64,000 nt of DNA from the sequence record NC_133119.1, one strand, 5' to 3'. Below the pieces are notes generated by a model. The model had not been told where the DNA came from, made no database searches, and saw only the letters and a list, made by a program, of their open reading frames with translations. Made by a program: the position numbers and the translations under genes. Shown piece by piece: positions 16,029 to 24,820 of the stretch. This DNA comes from Escherichia phage EscoHU1. Positions within the stretch are counted from its first letter, which is position 1, and every line of letters begins with the position of its first letter.

Positions 16029-16052
16029 TCCAAATAAGAGGGGCTTTCGCCC
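16029..16052 (-). terminator. stable hairpin, likely terminator or RNA-stabilising element
   Basis: GGGGGCGAAAGCCCC hairpin immediately downstream of gene 16064-16279. Confidence 0.4.
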
Positions 16053-16063
16053 CCTGATTTAAA

Positions 16064-16279
16064 TTACTTGCCCAGCAGTTTAAGGATATTTTCCTTAATA
16101 GTTTGAGCAGATTTTTCACTCTTATTGGTTTCAGCCAGTTTCAGAGCGAGTTCTTCCTGCTGTTTCTGAATATCAGCAGCAGTTTTCTGGTCAGCTTCAA
16201 TACGAGCTTGAAGTTCATCAGTAATAGTGGTAAAGGAAGCAACGATTTCAGTAACGGAACGTGGTTTCTTAGAGAACAT
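16064..16279 (-). CDS. hypothetical coiled-coil protein
   Basis: 71 aa ORF. Confidence 0.45.
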   Translation of the reverse strand: MFSKKPRSVTEIVASFTTITDELQARIEADQKTAADIQKQQEELALKLAETNKSEKSAQTIKENILKLLGK

Positions 16280-16311
16280 AAAAATATCCTTAATTAGTCA
16301 GAGAAAGAGTT

Positions 16312-16335
16312 AATATATGGGGCTTTCGCCCCATT
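16312..16335 (-). terminator. stable hairpin, likely terminator or RNA-stabilising element
   Basis: Same GGGGCGAAAGCCCC hairpin as at 16029, downstream of gene 16341-16856. Confidence 0.4.
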
Positions 16336-16340
16336 AATCA

Positions 16341-16856
16341 TTACTTCGCTTTACGCTTACGAGCAGGTTTAGCGGATTTACGCTCAGAAGCACCAGTAAA
16401 CTTAATACCGATACCATAGCACAGAGCGCGAACGTTGTCACGGCTATACTCTACACCGAAAATATTCGGTTTAACGGAGCCAAACTGTCCACGGGATTCA
16501 CGCATTACGTCAGCCATTGGCTTACGCTTCTGATTGACTGCTTTTTCATAGTCTTTCAGAGCCATACCGTTGCGGGCGAACATCTCAGCACCGCCGTTAA
16601 AGCTCAGAGTTACTGGTACAGACTTATGACCTTCACCTTTTATGAACACAACCTGCTTAGCAGTTGCGCGAGTAGAGTTCTTGGCCTTCGGCTTCTGGCG
16701 AACCGGAGCCGGAGACTTCAGGGCAGTCTGAGCCTGAGCATCAGTAGGATGCTTACGCAGATGACGTTCCAGACGAGTCTTACGATTGGCTTCGGTCTGA
16801 GTGAAAGTTTTAACTGCCGGAGCTGCCTGAGTTTTTGCGTTTTTCTGCTTAGCCAT
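16341..16856 (-). CDS. basic protein, putative nucleic-acid binding
   Basis: 171 aa, Lys/Arg/Ala-rich termini. Confidence 0.45.
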   Translation of the reverse strand: MAKQKNAKTQAAPAVKTFTQTEANRKTRLERHLRKHPTDAQAQTALKSPAPVRQKPKAKNSTRATAKQVVFIKGEGHKSVPVTLSFNGGAEMFARNGMALKDYEKAVNQKRKPMADVMRESRGQFGSVKPNIFGVEYSRDNVRALCYGIGIKFTGASERKSAKPARKRKAK

Positions 16857-16894
16857 TATTTGTTTTCCTTTTTGTTGATCAATTTATGAGATAT

Positions 16895-16923
16895 ATTATA
16901 CGAAATTTTGAAGCGTTTAGCAA
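16895..16923 (-). promoter_or_regulatory. T5-type early promoter
   Basis: Reverse complement TTGCTA-17-TATAAT. Confidence 0.5.
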
Positions 16924-16939
16924 ATGAATTTTTTAAAAA

Positions 16940-17218
16940 TTATCTGCCGATCATCTTAGCTTGTTCCTCACTGGAAACGTACTGATAACCACCCTTGTTA
17001 TATGCAGGAGCAGTACACAGTTTCTTGCGCTCAATTTCTTCTTGAGCTTTGCGTTCCCTTTCGGCTAATTCTTCATCTAGGTAAACTAGACGTTGCTCCG
17101 GAGGTGGTGGAAGCCTAGTTTCTGGCTCACCAATATTTGCCTTTCTGATCTGACGCGGAGATTGTGCGCGTTTTCTCAAAGGTTTAAATCCTAATGAGTT
17201 TGAGTTGTAAATTCGCAT
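16940..17218 (-). CDS. hypothetical protein
   Basis: 92 aa ORF. Confidence 0.45.
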   Translation of the reverse strand: MRIYNSNSLGFKPLRKRAQSPRQIRKANIGEPETRLPPPPEQRLVYLDEELAERERKAQEEIERKKLCTAPAYNKGGYQYVSSEEQAKMIGR

Positions 17219-17245
17219 AAAGCCCTCCTCACTTTCAATACGAAT

Positions 17246-17274
17246 ATTATACTAAATTCGAGGGCTTTAAGCAA
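17246..17274 (-). promoter_or_regulatory. T5-type early promoter
   Basis: Reverse complement TTGCTT-17-TATAAT. Confidence 0.5.
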
Positions 17275-17294
17275 GTGAATTTTTAAATTATTTA

Positions 17295-17771
17295 TTACAT
17301 CTCAGCAAGTTCTTGCTCAGTAATTACAGTATTGCATAGAGCATCAACTTCTTCGTTACCACGAATACCTGAGTGACCTTTAACCTTAACAAAGGTTGGG
17401 TTAGTATCATGGAAATTAATATACTGTTGAGTTAGTTTAAACGCTTCTTGCCAGAGTTCTAGATTAAGAGGAGTTTCACCATCTCCTTTCTTCCATCCTT
17501 TCTTCTGCCAAGACCACATCCAGCTTTCCATACCATTTTTGCAGTAAGCAGAATCAGTGTAGATAATTACTGGACGATTATCTTTCTTAGTAGACCAACG
17601 AAGAACTTCAACAATTGCAGTAAGTTCCATTTCGTTATTAGTAGTTTTATGGCTGAAGCCAGATTTAGAGCCAATACGATCATCATTATCATTATAGACA
17701 ACGAATCCCCACGCACCTAAACCAGGATTGCCCTTACATGCACCATCTGTATATATGTGGAAAACCGACAT
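17295..17771 (-). CDS. rnhA: ribonuclease H (RNase HI)
   Basis: YTDGACKGNPG...ELTAI...IYTDS.Y...KVKGHSG..GNEEVD motifs. Confidence 0.75.
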   Translation of the reverse strand: MSVFHIYTDGACKGNPGLGAWGFVVYNDNDDRIGSKSGFSHKTTNNEMELTAIVEVLRWSTKKDNRPVIIYTDSAYCKNGMESWMWSWQKKGWKKGDGETPLNLELWQEAFKLTQQYINFHDTNPTFVKVKGHSGIRGNEEVDALCNTVITEQELAEM

Positions 17772-18040
17772 TATTTGCTCCAATCAATTTCAAGCCAAAA
17801 ACCTTCACGCTGCTCATACTTAGCTTCCACAACATAACCTAGTTTGCTAAGTTTTTGCATGACGCTATTTCTAGCATTTTCTGAATATTCAGTCAATCCC
17901 TGGATGTGACAGTTAAATTCTTTATCTTTGATGGCTTTGTCAATCTCTACGGCAATAAGTGACTCTAAGTCAATTACTTCCTTTTTAATACTAGCAATAG
18001 TATTTTGTTTTGCTTCTAAAGCAGATAAAAGAATAGACAT
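17771..18040 (-). CDS. hypothetical protein
   Basis: 89 aa ORF, start overlapping rnhA stop. Confidence 0.5.
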   Translation of the reverse strand: MSILLSALEAKQNTIASIKKEVIDLESLIAVEIDKAIKDKEFNCHIQGLTEYSENARNSVMQKLSKLGYVVEAKYEQREGFWLEIDWSK

Positions 18041-18336
18041 TATTTTTCACCTTCTATAATGACCCTAGTCGCTGGTGGAACTGGCGGCATAGGTGGGATA
18101 CGTGGATGACCTCTCTGTGCATCATTTGGTGCTCTTGGTGGTTCAAGTCTAATTGCCCTTAATTCCTTTTCTAGGAATTGTTCTAACGCCCGTTCTATGA
18201 AATGATCGAAAGGTAAATGGTAATACTGAGACAGAGCTAAGAACCTGCGTTCTTGACTTTGTGTTAAATAAACTTTCTTTTTAAAGAGTCCCATAAGTGT
18301 CTCCAATTTATAAAATATATTATATTTTAATTTCAC
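18040..18336 (-). CDS. hypothetical protein
   Basis: 98 aa ORF with promoter cassette at 18319-18347. Confidence 0.45.
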   Translation of the reverse strand: MKLKYNIFYKLETLMGLFKKKVYLTQSQERRFLALSQYYHLPFDHFIERALEQFLEKELRAIRLEPPRAPNDAQRGHPRIPPMPPVPPATRVIIEGEK

Positions 18337-18347
18337 TCAGTAAGCAA
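18319..18347 (-). promoter_or_regulatory. T5-type early promoter
   Basis: Reverse complement TTGCTT-17-TATAAT. Confidence 0.5.
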
Positions 18348-18386
18348 ATGAAATTTAAATATAATAGCCCCGAAGGGCTATTTGAA

Positions 18387-19241
18387 TTAGACTGTGAATG
18401 GGTATGCAATAGCAGGATGGTGTTCATAGCCACGAACAGTAAAATCATCTTTATTTACCCACGTTAATACATCATCCAAAGTTTGGATATTTGGATTGAT
18501 TTCTAAAGTAGGAGATGCAAAAGGTTCACGATCGAATTGCTTGTGTTCCAGCAGAACATTATACTGATCTTCATAGATATGAAGATTAATAATCTTTTGA
18601 CGAGCAATACCTGGCTTAAGACCTGTAATCTGTGCCATAATAGCTAGAAGTGCATAGCATTGCACCATATTAAATACTTGGCCCAGCAAGAAATCATTAG
18701 ACCTCTGGAAAGAGTTTAGGTATAGTGTATCACCTAAAATAGAGAATTGATGGGTATGCATACACGGACGTAGGCATCCTTTACGAAATTCCCCAGGGTT
18801 CCAAAAAGTTAAAATTTCTCCACGATCGTCAATCCCTCTTTTCAAATTATGATAGACTTTGGCTAACTGATCAAATACCATACCATCAGAATTAGTCCAA
18901 TGACGTCCTTGAACACCATAGACTCGTCCCATATCATCCTCGCCTTTACGGAATGGATTACCTAGCCAGGCAATATTTTCATTTGCATTAGCATTCCATG
19001 TATTAACACCAATAGCGCGGAATTGTGCTGCTGAGTCGTACCCACGGAGATATCCGATCATTTCCATTATTGCTTGTTTAGCAAATGCTTTACGAGTAGT
19101 TACTAGCGGCAGTTCTCCTGCTCCTACGTTAAAGGTAAAGTCTGCATCAATAATGGTTAGGCAACGAACCCCTGTTCTAGGATTCGTTACCCATACACCC
19201 TCTTCAAGAATACGTTTTCCAGTTTCAATATATTGCTTCAT
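18387..19241 (-). CDS. thyA: thymidylate synthase
   Basis: MKQY...RTG...LVTT...[10 protein letters not shown]...QRS.D..LG..FN ThyA signature blocks. Confidence 0.8.
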   Translation of the reverse strand: MKQYIETGKRILEEGVWVTNPRTGVRCLTIIDADFTFNVGAGELPLVTTRKAFAKQAIMEMIGYLRGYDSAAQFRAIGVNTWNANANENIAWLGNPFRKGEDDMGRVYGVQGRHWTNSDGMVFDQLAKVYHNLKRGIDDRGEILTFWNPGEFRKGCLRPCMHTHQFSILGDTLYLNSFQRSNDFLLGQVFNMVQCYALLAIMAQITGLKPGIARQKIINLHIYEDQYNVLLEHKQFDREPFASPTLEINPNIQTLDDVLTWVNKDDFTVRGYEHHPAIAYPFTV

Positions 19242-19768
19242 TTAAATATCACCAATTCTTGTAAGAATGAAAGCGTTTTATCTGCATTCTGTCCTGCCAC
19301 ATAGTCCATTCTAGTTGCCATTGAATTAGTTAAAGTAATATGATGATGCAGATGTACATCAGCAGATAATGGTGTGGCTGAAGTAATAGTAGAGATATAC
19401 GCCATATCTAGATGATTTTTGACATACATTTCAAGAAGCAGAGTTGCTCCCCCTAATACTACAGTTACCTCTTCCTTGAGAAAATCAGGCAGACGGTATC
19501 CAATGTTGCTTATGCGTGTAGCTGATCTTATAGAGTTCGGTAGTGGTCTATTTGCATAAATAAATAGGTCAGAATCTCCTAGTATTCTTTTTTGCAGAGT
19601 CTCAGGGAATGCTAACCAAGTTCCTGCTCCTACAATAATATTGTCAGGTGCCAGAGAATCCAATGTAGCATAGAAGATATCTAGTTCTTCTTTGAAAGAA
19701 CCCCAGGGGAGCTTACCATTGAGGCCGAACTCCCCATTCGGCCCAGTTGCATAGATTGCTGTTATCAT
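19238..19768 (-). CDS. folA: dihydrofolate reductase
   Basis: N-terminal [27 protein letters not shown] motif, about 176 aa, directly upstream of thyA. Confidence 0.7.
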   Translation of the reverse strand: MITAIYATGPNGEFGLNGKLPWGSFKEELDIFYATLDSLAPDNIIVGAGTWLAFPETLQKRILGDSDLFIYANRPLPNSIRSATRISNIGYRLPDFLKEEVTVVLGGATLLLEMYVKNHLDMAYISTITSATPLSADVHLHHHITLTNSMATRMDYVAGQNADKTLSFLQELVIFK

Positions 19769-20913
19769 TAGAACATATCCTCAAATTCGTTGCCAAGATC
19801 TTTCAGAGTATCAGCAGAGGTTTCAGTTACTTGACCTACACGGTACGCTGCACCAATCTGAATCTCTTGTGGAGCAGGTTGTAAAGATGTAGTATCCAAC
19901 CAGTTCATAATCCACGGAATAGGGTTCTTAGTAATTACAGGTAAGTGGCTTGGCCATTCTACACCAATGTGCATAAATGCGTTACGTCCTACAAAGTAAA
20001 GGTATTCTTCAAGCAATTCTGCGTTCAAACCAATCAGACTGCGGCCTTTAAAGATAAAGTGGCCCCATTCAATCTCAGTTTTCAGAGTTTTTAGGAGTTG
20101 TGCTGGTGCTTTAGCTAATGCTTCATCTACCAGATCTTTATCAAACTGCTGGAACATAATCTGGATGATAGCTTTAGACATTTGAGTATGTAGAGCTTCA
20201 TCTTTAGCGATTAATTGCAGGTTCTTAGCAATACCTTGCAGAATATCGTTCTCTGCTAGAGCAAAGGTACATGCAAAGGATGCGTAGAACTGCATTGCTT
20301 CCAGACCGTAGATTGCAAAGTAAGCATCTAACAGCTTAGCCTGAGTTTCACGTTTAACTTCAGGGAACTCAGTTTCTGGATAAGTATTATCACCACGATG
20401 ATCACGTACTGCAAGGAAATACTGACCTAACAGATACAATTCATCAAACAGTTCAACAGAATCTGCGATACGTGCAAATGCTTCTTGGTTTTTAGTTACA
20501 GAATCAATAAATTCTGCTGGATCAGTCAGAACGTTACGAATAATATTACTATACGCACGGCTGTGCAGATCTTCGAAGTAGCTCCACTGCTTGAGCATAC
20601 CCTCCAATTCAGGACGGCTTACAAGCGGCATAATAGCTGCTTCAGGAGCACGGCTAATGAAAGAATCTGTTTGGGTCTGCCATGCTAAGTTCAGGAGAGT
20701 AATTTCCTGAATATCACGCGGGAGGTTTGGCCATTGTTTCTTATCGGCTTCCAGACTGATTTCAGTTTCAGTCCAAAATTGAGAACGTTGCAGAAGTGCT
20801 AGACGCTCAAGTTCAGGATGTGCTACACGAACGTAATCTGCGATACCAAGAGAATCGCCCAGGAAAAGGTCAGCGTTAGTATGATCCCAATTCAGGTTTA
20901 GTAAAGTAGTCAT
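19768..20913 (-). CDS. nrdB: ribonucleotide reductase beta subunit (class Ia)
   Basis: 381 aa with di-iron ligand blocks (E..H) and radical tyrosine region. Confidence 0.8.
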   Translation of the reverse strand: MTTLLNLNWDHTNADLFLGDSLGIADYVRVAHPELERLALLQRSQFWTETEISLEADKKQWPNLPRDIQEITLLNLAWQTQTDSFISRAPEAAIMPLVSRPELEGMLKQWSYFEDLHSRAYSNIIRNVLTDPAEFIDSVTKNQEAFARIADSVELFDELYLLGQYFLAVRDHRGDNTYPETEFPEVKRETQAKLLDAYFAIYGLEAMQFYASFACTFALAENDILQGIAKNLQLIAKDEALHTQMSKAIIQIMFQQFDKDLVDEALAKAPAQLLKTLKTEIEWGHFIFKGRSLIGLNAELLEEYLYFVGRNAFMHIGVEWPSHLPVITKNPIPWIMNWLDTTSLQPAPQEIQIGAAYRVGQVTETSADTLKDLGNEFEDMF

Positions 20914-20944
20914 TGATTTTCCTCTTTCTCACTATTTCAGGAAT

Positions 20945-20973
20945 ATTATAGCAAATCTGGTAGCGATTAGCAA
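20945..20973 (-). promoter_or_regulatory. T5-type early promoter upstream of nrdB
   Basis: Reverse complement TTGCTA-17-TATAAT. Confidence 0.5.
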
Positions 20974-20984
20974 GTAAAATTTCA

Positions 20985-21012
20985 AAGAAAAAGGAGACCC
21001 GAAGATCTCCTT
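20985..21012 (-). terminator. intrinsic terminator downstream of nrdA
   Basis: Minus-strand hairpin GGAGATC-TTCG-GGTCTCC followed by TTTTTCTTT. Confidence 0.5.
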
Positions 21013-21019
21013 GTTTTTA

Positions 21020-23350
21020 TTATAACTGACAGCCTCCTGATGCACAGCCTACTGCTTCTTCACCAGCTCCACCACCATTTTCAGTATTAAAATTAGCATA
21101 ATACCAAGTTTTTATACCATACTTAACAGCGATCATGAAGTCACGAACTACTACTGGGCCTGGAATGATTTCATTCTCGAATTTAGAGTAGTCATAATAC
21201 GACTGGAAGCTTGAAGACTGATTCAGGAACTTCTGGTAAACAGCATTCCACTTAATATACTCTACCCTATCAATGTCATAAGCCAGTTTATAGCTCATTA
21301 ATGTATCCCAATCAGTTGCACCTGGAGCAATTGCAATTACTTTATTCACTGCACTACCCTTGATAGATACAATCTTACGAGGCGGTTCAATAGAGTTAGT
21401 AACACCTAGCAGTACAGAGGAACTTTCACCCGGCATCTGAGCAGTCAGAACGGAGTTACGCATACCATATTTCAGGATATCTGCACGTAGAGATTCCCAA
21501 TCCATTTCTAGATCTACAGTTACCAGTTCATCAACAGTTTTCTTGTACGTGTCGATTACCAGAGTTCCTTGTGAAGGCTTAGTACGATTAAACCAGTCAC
21601 ATGCACCTTGTTCTTTAGCCAGACGTACAGAGGCTTTATGCAGGAAGTAGGACAGCTTTTCAGCTTCACGGTGAATCCAGTTACGGGCTTCAACACCTTC
21701 GTAAGCCAAACCTTCTGCTGCCATTGCACCTGCTGCGTTCATCAGGCCAATACCAACGTTTCGACGTTTCTTAGCCGTGTATTCCATAGTTGGGAATGGG
21801 TAATCCTGAATCTCGATGATTGTATCAACGAATTTCAGAAGAATGTAGCAAGTTTTCTCCCATTCAGCCAGAGATTCCATACGACCTAGTACAACACCAC
21901 CTAAGTTACACAGAGATACTTCACCAATATCTTCTGGACGCATATCGTCTAACTGATCTTGGGTCTTATACAGCTCCGTAATGTGATGGAATGGACGGGT
22001 TGGCTGAGTAATTTCAACACAAAGGTTGGTCATACGAATCGGGTCAAGGAAGTTACCATGACGGTTAGATTCACCAATGTGATGAGCATACATACGCCCT
22101 GTTTCCATACGGATACGTAACCAAGTATCTAGGATTTCTTTTGCAGAGATTCTAGGAGCTGCTGGAATTGTTTTTCCTTCGTGGTCGATCTTTGTAAGAG
22201 ATGCCACACGTTTCTCCGCTGCCACGTAGATTTCTTCAAACTTAGCCTCATCTTCTCCATAAAACGCTTCATGAACTTCTGGTGCGTAGAAGTAGGACAT
22301 TAGCGTAATATCTTCGTTTTTCAGGTAACGTTTTAACAGAAGGTTGTTAAAGCTCAGAGAGTAATCCATCTTATCGATTTTATTCTCGTCTGTAGCACGT
22401 TGCTGCTTAACCTGCATCAACTGAATGATTTCAGGATCGAAGTATGGGTAAGACACAGTAGCAGAACCACCACGGGTTTGCTGAGTGTTAGCTTTTACTG
22501 ATCGGTCAATGTGTCGATAATATGGCAGTTTTCCGGAATGCGGGAATGCCCCATTTCGCACCGGATCAGCAATTGATCGGCTTTCAAGATGATACCCGAT
22601 TCCCGCTCTGGCCGCGACCATTTTGAATACGATGTGCTCGGCTGTGTCGATGCTGTCCAGTGTGTCAGTGGAATCCACGAGGCAGCAACTAGCAAATCCA
22701 CGGTCACTAGAGCGCAGACCAACCAGTGGCGGCGTAGGAACGTTGATTTTGTGGAGTGACATTGCGTTGTAGAGGTCGATTGCATCTAGGATTGTCCAGT
22801 TAGGTTGAGATAACATCGCCATTGCCATACCCATGTAGGCAAACTGCGGGGTTTCATAAATTTCACCAGTTGCAATATTACGACGGGAATACTTGTCGAA
22901 GAACTGTTTCAGTCCACCACTAGTGAATAAACGATCGCGATCATGATCAATAACTTGGTTCAGAGCGTCAAACTGATCATCGCTAATCCATGCACTCATG
23001 TCTTCCCAAGCGCCGACACGAACCATATGATCGTGGAAGAAACGCAGAGAAGGAGGTTCAAAGGAATCATATAGGCGTTTACGCATCTGCGCAAGACGTA
23101 ATTCCTTTGCTACAGTATCATATGCTGGGTTGTCTTTGATAAGACCTTCAGCGGCTTTAATTAACACATCTTGGAGTGTATCGGAGTCTACAACACCTTT
23201 GGGCAGATTTTTCAGGGCAGCCATAACTACGGCAGACCAACTTACGTCAGTATCTTTACATGCCCACGCAGCCCAATCATTGAGTTTTTCAGGAGCAAAG
23301 TCCTGAACAGTACCGTCACGTTTAATTACTTTTTCGATACGATGGCTCAT
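21020..23350 (-). CDS. nrdA: ribonucleotide reductase alpha subunit (class Ia)
   Basis: ATP-cone N-terminus (VIKRDGTVQDF), catalytic Cys/Asn/Glu blocks, C-terminal CxxGxC; start at MSHRIEK with AAGGAAAG RBS and promoter at 23389-23417. Confidence 0.85.
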   Translation of the reverse strand: MSHRIEKVIKRDGTVQDFAPEKLNDWAAWACKDTDVSWSAVVMAALKNLPKGVVDSDTLQDVLIKAAEGLIKDNPAYDTVAKELRLAQMRKRLYDSFEPPSLRFFHDHMVRVGAWEDMSAWISDDQFDALNQVIDHDRDRLFTSGGLKQFFDKYSRRNIATGEIYETPQFAYMGMAMAMLSQPNWTILDAIDLYNAMSLHKINVPTPPLVGLRSSDRGFASCCLVDSTDTLDSIDTAEHIVFKMVAARAGIGYHLESRSIADPVRNGAFPHSGKLPYYRHIDRSVKANTQQTRGGSATVSYPYFDPEIIQLMQVKQQRATDENKIDKMDYSLSFNNLLLKRYLKNEDITLMSYFYAPEVHEAFYGEDEAKFEEIYVAAEKRVASLTKIDHEGKTIPAAPRISAKEILDTWLRIRMETGRMYAHHIGESNRHGNFLDPIRMTNLCVEITQPTRPFHHITELYKTQDQLDDMRPEDIGEVSLCNLGGVVLGRMESLAEWEKTCYILLKFVDTIIEIQDYPFPTMEYTAKKRRNVGIGLMNAAGAMAAEGLAYEGVEARNWIHREAEKLSYFLHKASVRLAKEQGACDWFNRTKPSQGTLVIDTYKKTVDELVTVDLEMDWESLRADILKYGMRNSVLTAQMPGESSSVLLGVTNSIEPPRKIVSIKGSAVNKVIAIAPGATDWDTLMSYKLAYDIDRVEYIKWNAVYQKFLNQSSSFQSYYDYSKFENEIIPGPVVVRDFMIAVKYGIKTWYYANFNTENGGGAGEEAVGCASGGCQL

Positions 23351-23388
23351 TTGGCTTTCCTTTTTGTAGTTATCAGGATTTAGGAAAT

Positions 23389-23417
23389 AGTTTACTTTAT
23401 TCTCAGTCATTTGGCAA
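23389..23417 (-). promoter_or_regulatory. promoter upstream of nrdA (TTGCCA-17-TAAACT)
   Basis: Reverse complement shows AT-rich UP-like tract, TTGCCA, 17-nt spacer, TAAACT. Confidence 0.45.
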
Positions 23418-23471
23418 ATAAAATTTTCTGATAGAAAAGGCCCAAGTATTTTCATACCCAGGCCTTCTATA

Positions 23472-23714
23472 TTACCAGTCTAGTTTTTCGGCTTGATTAA
23501 TTACTTTTGCTTTCGCATTTGCCCTCAAAAGAATATCTACTGATGTTGAAAGTTCATTATAATTAAAAGGCCGATTTGGATTAGAGGCTACAATTTTCCA
23601 CGCTAGGGTAGTCTTAGGACTTTCTTCCCCTTCCTTACGTGTAATCATATTAGCAGCACTCAGTGAAGTACGGTGGATCTTAGTTTTGCGGTGCAGATGT
23701 ACGACGTTTCCCAT
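23472..23714 (-). CDS. hypothetical protein
   Basis: 80 aa ORF between phoH and nrdA. Confidence 0.4.
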   Translation of the reverse strand: MGNVVHLHRKTKIHRTSLSAANMITRKEGEESPKTTLAWKIVASNPNRPFNYNELSTSVDILLRANAKAKVINQAEKLDW

Positions 23715-23715
23715 A

Positions 23716-24477
23716 TTACACCTTCCCCATATCCTTAAAGATATCGTAGAATGCTTTAGACTCTGGTGAGCGAACGTTGTCGATCAGTTCGATCATAGAG
23801 AAAGGGGAGTTTTCGTACTTCTCATAGACTTCCATAAGAAGTGCTAGACCTGAATCACCCTTGATGTCTTTCTGAGCTATATCCCCACAGATAATTAAAC
23901 GACAATCTTGTCCTACACGAGTCAAGAGACAGACCATTGCTTCAACGGAGATATTCTGAGCTTCATCGACAATTACATAGGAGTTGTTGAAAGTTCGGCC
24001 ACGGGCGTGTTCGATAGCCAGGAATTTGATTTTCTGACGTTCGACATATCCTTTGTAGGCGTGATCACCGATTGCCCATTTCATGCCATCGGCTATTGGT
24101 TCCAACCAAGGCTCTAGCTTTTCTGCTAGATCACCTGGGAGCATACCAAGAGATTTACCTAGAGGTTCGTTCGGACGCACGAGGATCACTTGCTCAATAT
24201 CTGAGTGAATGTCTACGAGTTCCTGAGCTGCAAGAACGGATGGGATAAAGGTTTTACCAGTACCTGGTTCACCGATACCCACAGTCACTGTGTTATTCTT
24301 GATCATATTGATATATGATTTTTGCTCACAGTTTTTACCAACTAGGGATTTAGCAACTGGATTGGCATAATCACCAGAGAAATCTGCTTGAATTACGTTA
24401 CTCTCGTACTTGTTGCCACGCTTTCTTGAACCATTGCGGTTCTCTCTTTTTTGACGTGCTTTTCCCATAAATAACAC
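23716..24477 (-). CDS. phoH: PhoH-like ATPase
   Basis: Walker A GEPGTGKTF and Walker B VIVDEAQN in a 253 aa protein. Confidence 0.8.
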   Translation of the reverse strand: MLFMGKARQKRENRNGSRKRGNKYESNVIQADFSGDYANPVAKSLVGKNCEQKSYINMIKNNTVTVGIGEPGTGKTFIPSVLAAQELVDIHSDIEQVILVRPNEPLGKSLGMLPGDLAEKLEPWLEPIADGMKWAIGDHAYKGYVERQKIKFLAIEHARGRTFNNSYVIVDEAQNISVEAMVCLLTRVGQDCRLIICGDIAQKDIKGDSGLALLMEVYEKYENSPFSMIELIDNVRSPESKAFYDIFKDMGKV

Positions 24478-24541
24478 TCCTATAGTGTACTTCGCTAACA
24501 GAGGATCAACAAAAAGATCTTGTTTATCAACTTACAAATAT

Positions 24542-24570
24542 ATTATACCAATATATGTGGTAGAAAGCAA
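24542..24570 (-). promoter_or_regulatory. T5-type early promoter upstream of phoH
   Basis: Reverse complement TTGCTT-17-TATAAT. Confidence 0.5.
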
Positions 24571-24682
24571 CTACAATTTTAAATAAGCCTATGATATTGC
24601 ATTTAAATAAAAAATTTGCTTGCTTTTATTGGGAAATGTATGGTACTAGATAATCATTTTATATCGCGTACACGGGGGCGTG

Positions 24683-24711
24683 ATTATACTATTTTTAGTA
24701 GAGGTTGGCAA
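24683..24711 (-). promoter_or_regulatory. second leftward promoter in the divergent region (TTGCCA-17-TATAAT)
   Basis: Reverse complement TTGCCA, 17-nt spacer, TATAAT. Confidence 0.45.
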
Positions 24712-24772
24712 ATAAAATTTTTTGACTCAGATCAATTTACAGAATGTTATAGTAAAATATTGTTGACATCCG

Positions 24773-24801
24773 CCTTCGAATGAGTTATAATAGTAGTCTT
24801 A
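24773..24801 (+). promoter_or_regulatory. consensus sigma70 promoter upstream of nrdD
   Basis: TTGACA, 17-nt spacer, TATAAT, then AAGGAGAG RBS and ATG at 24821. Confidence 0.6.
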
Positions 24802-24820
24802 GTTAGAGAAGGAGAGTATA

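Noticed and set aside
22495-22785. 96-aa ORF inside nrdA
   Set aside because: Alternative frame within a confidently assigned long gene.
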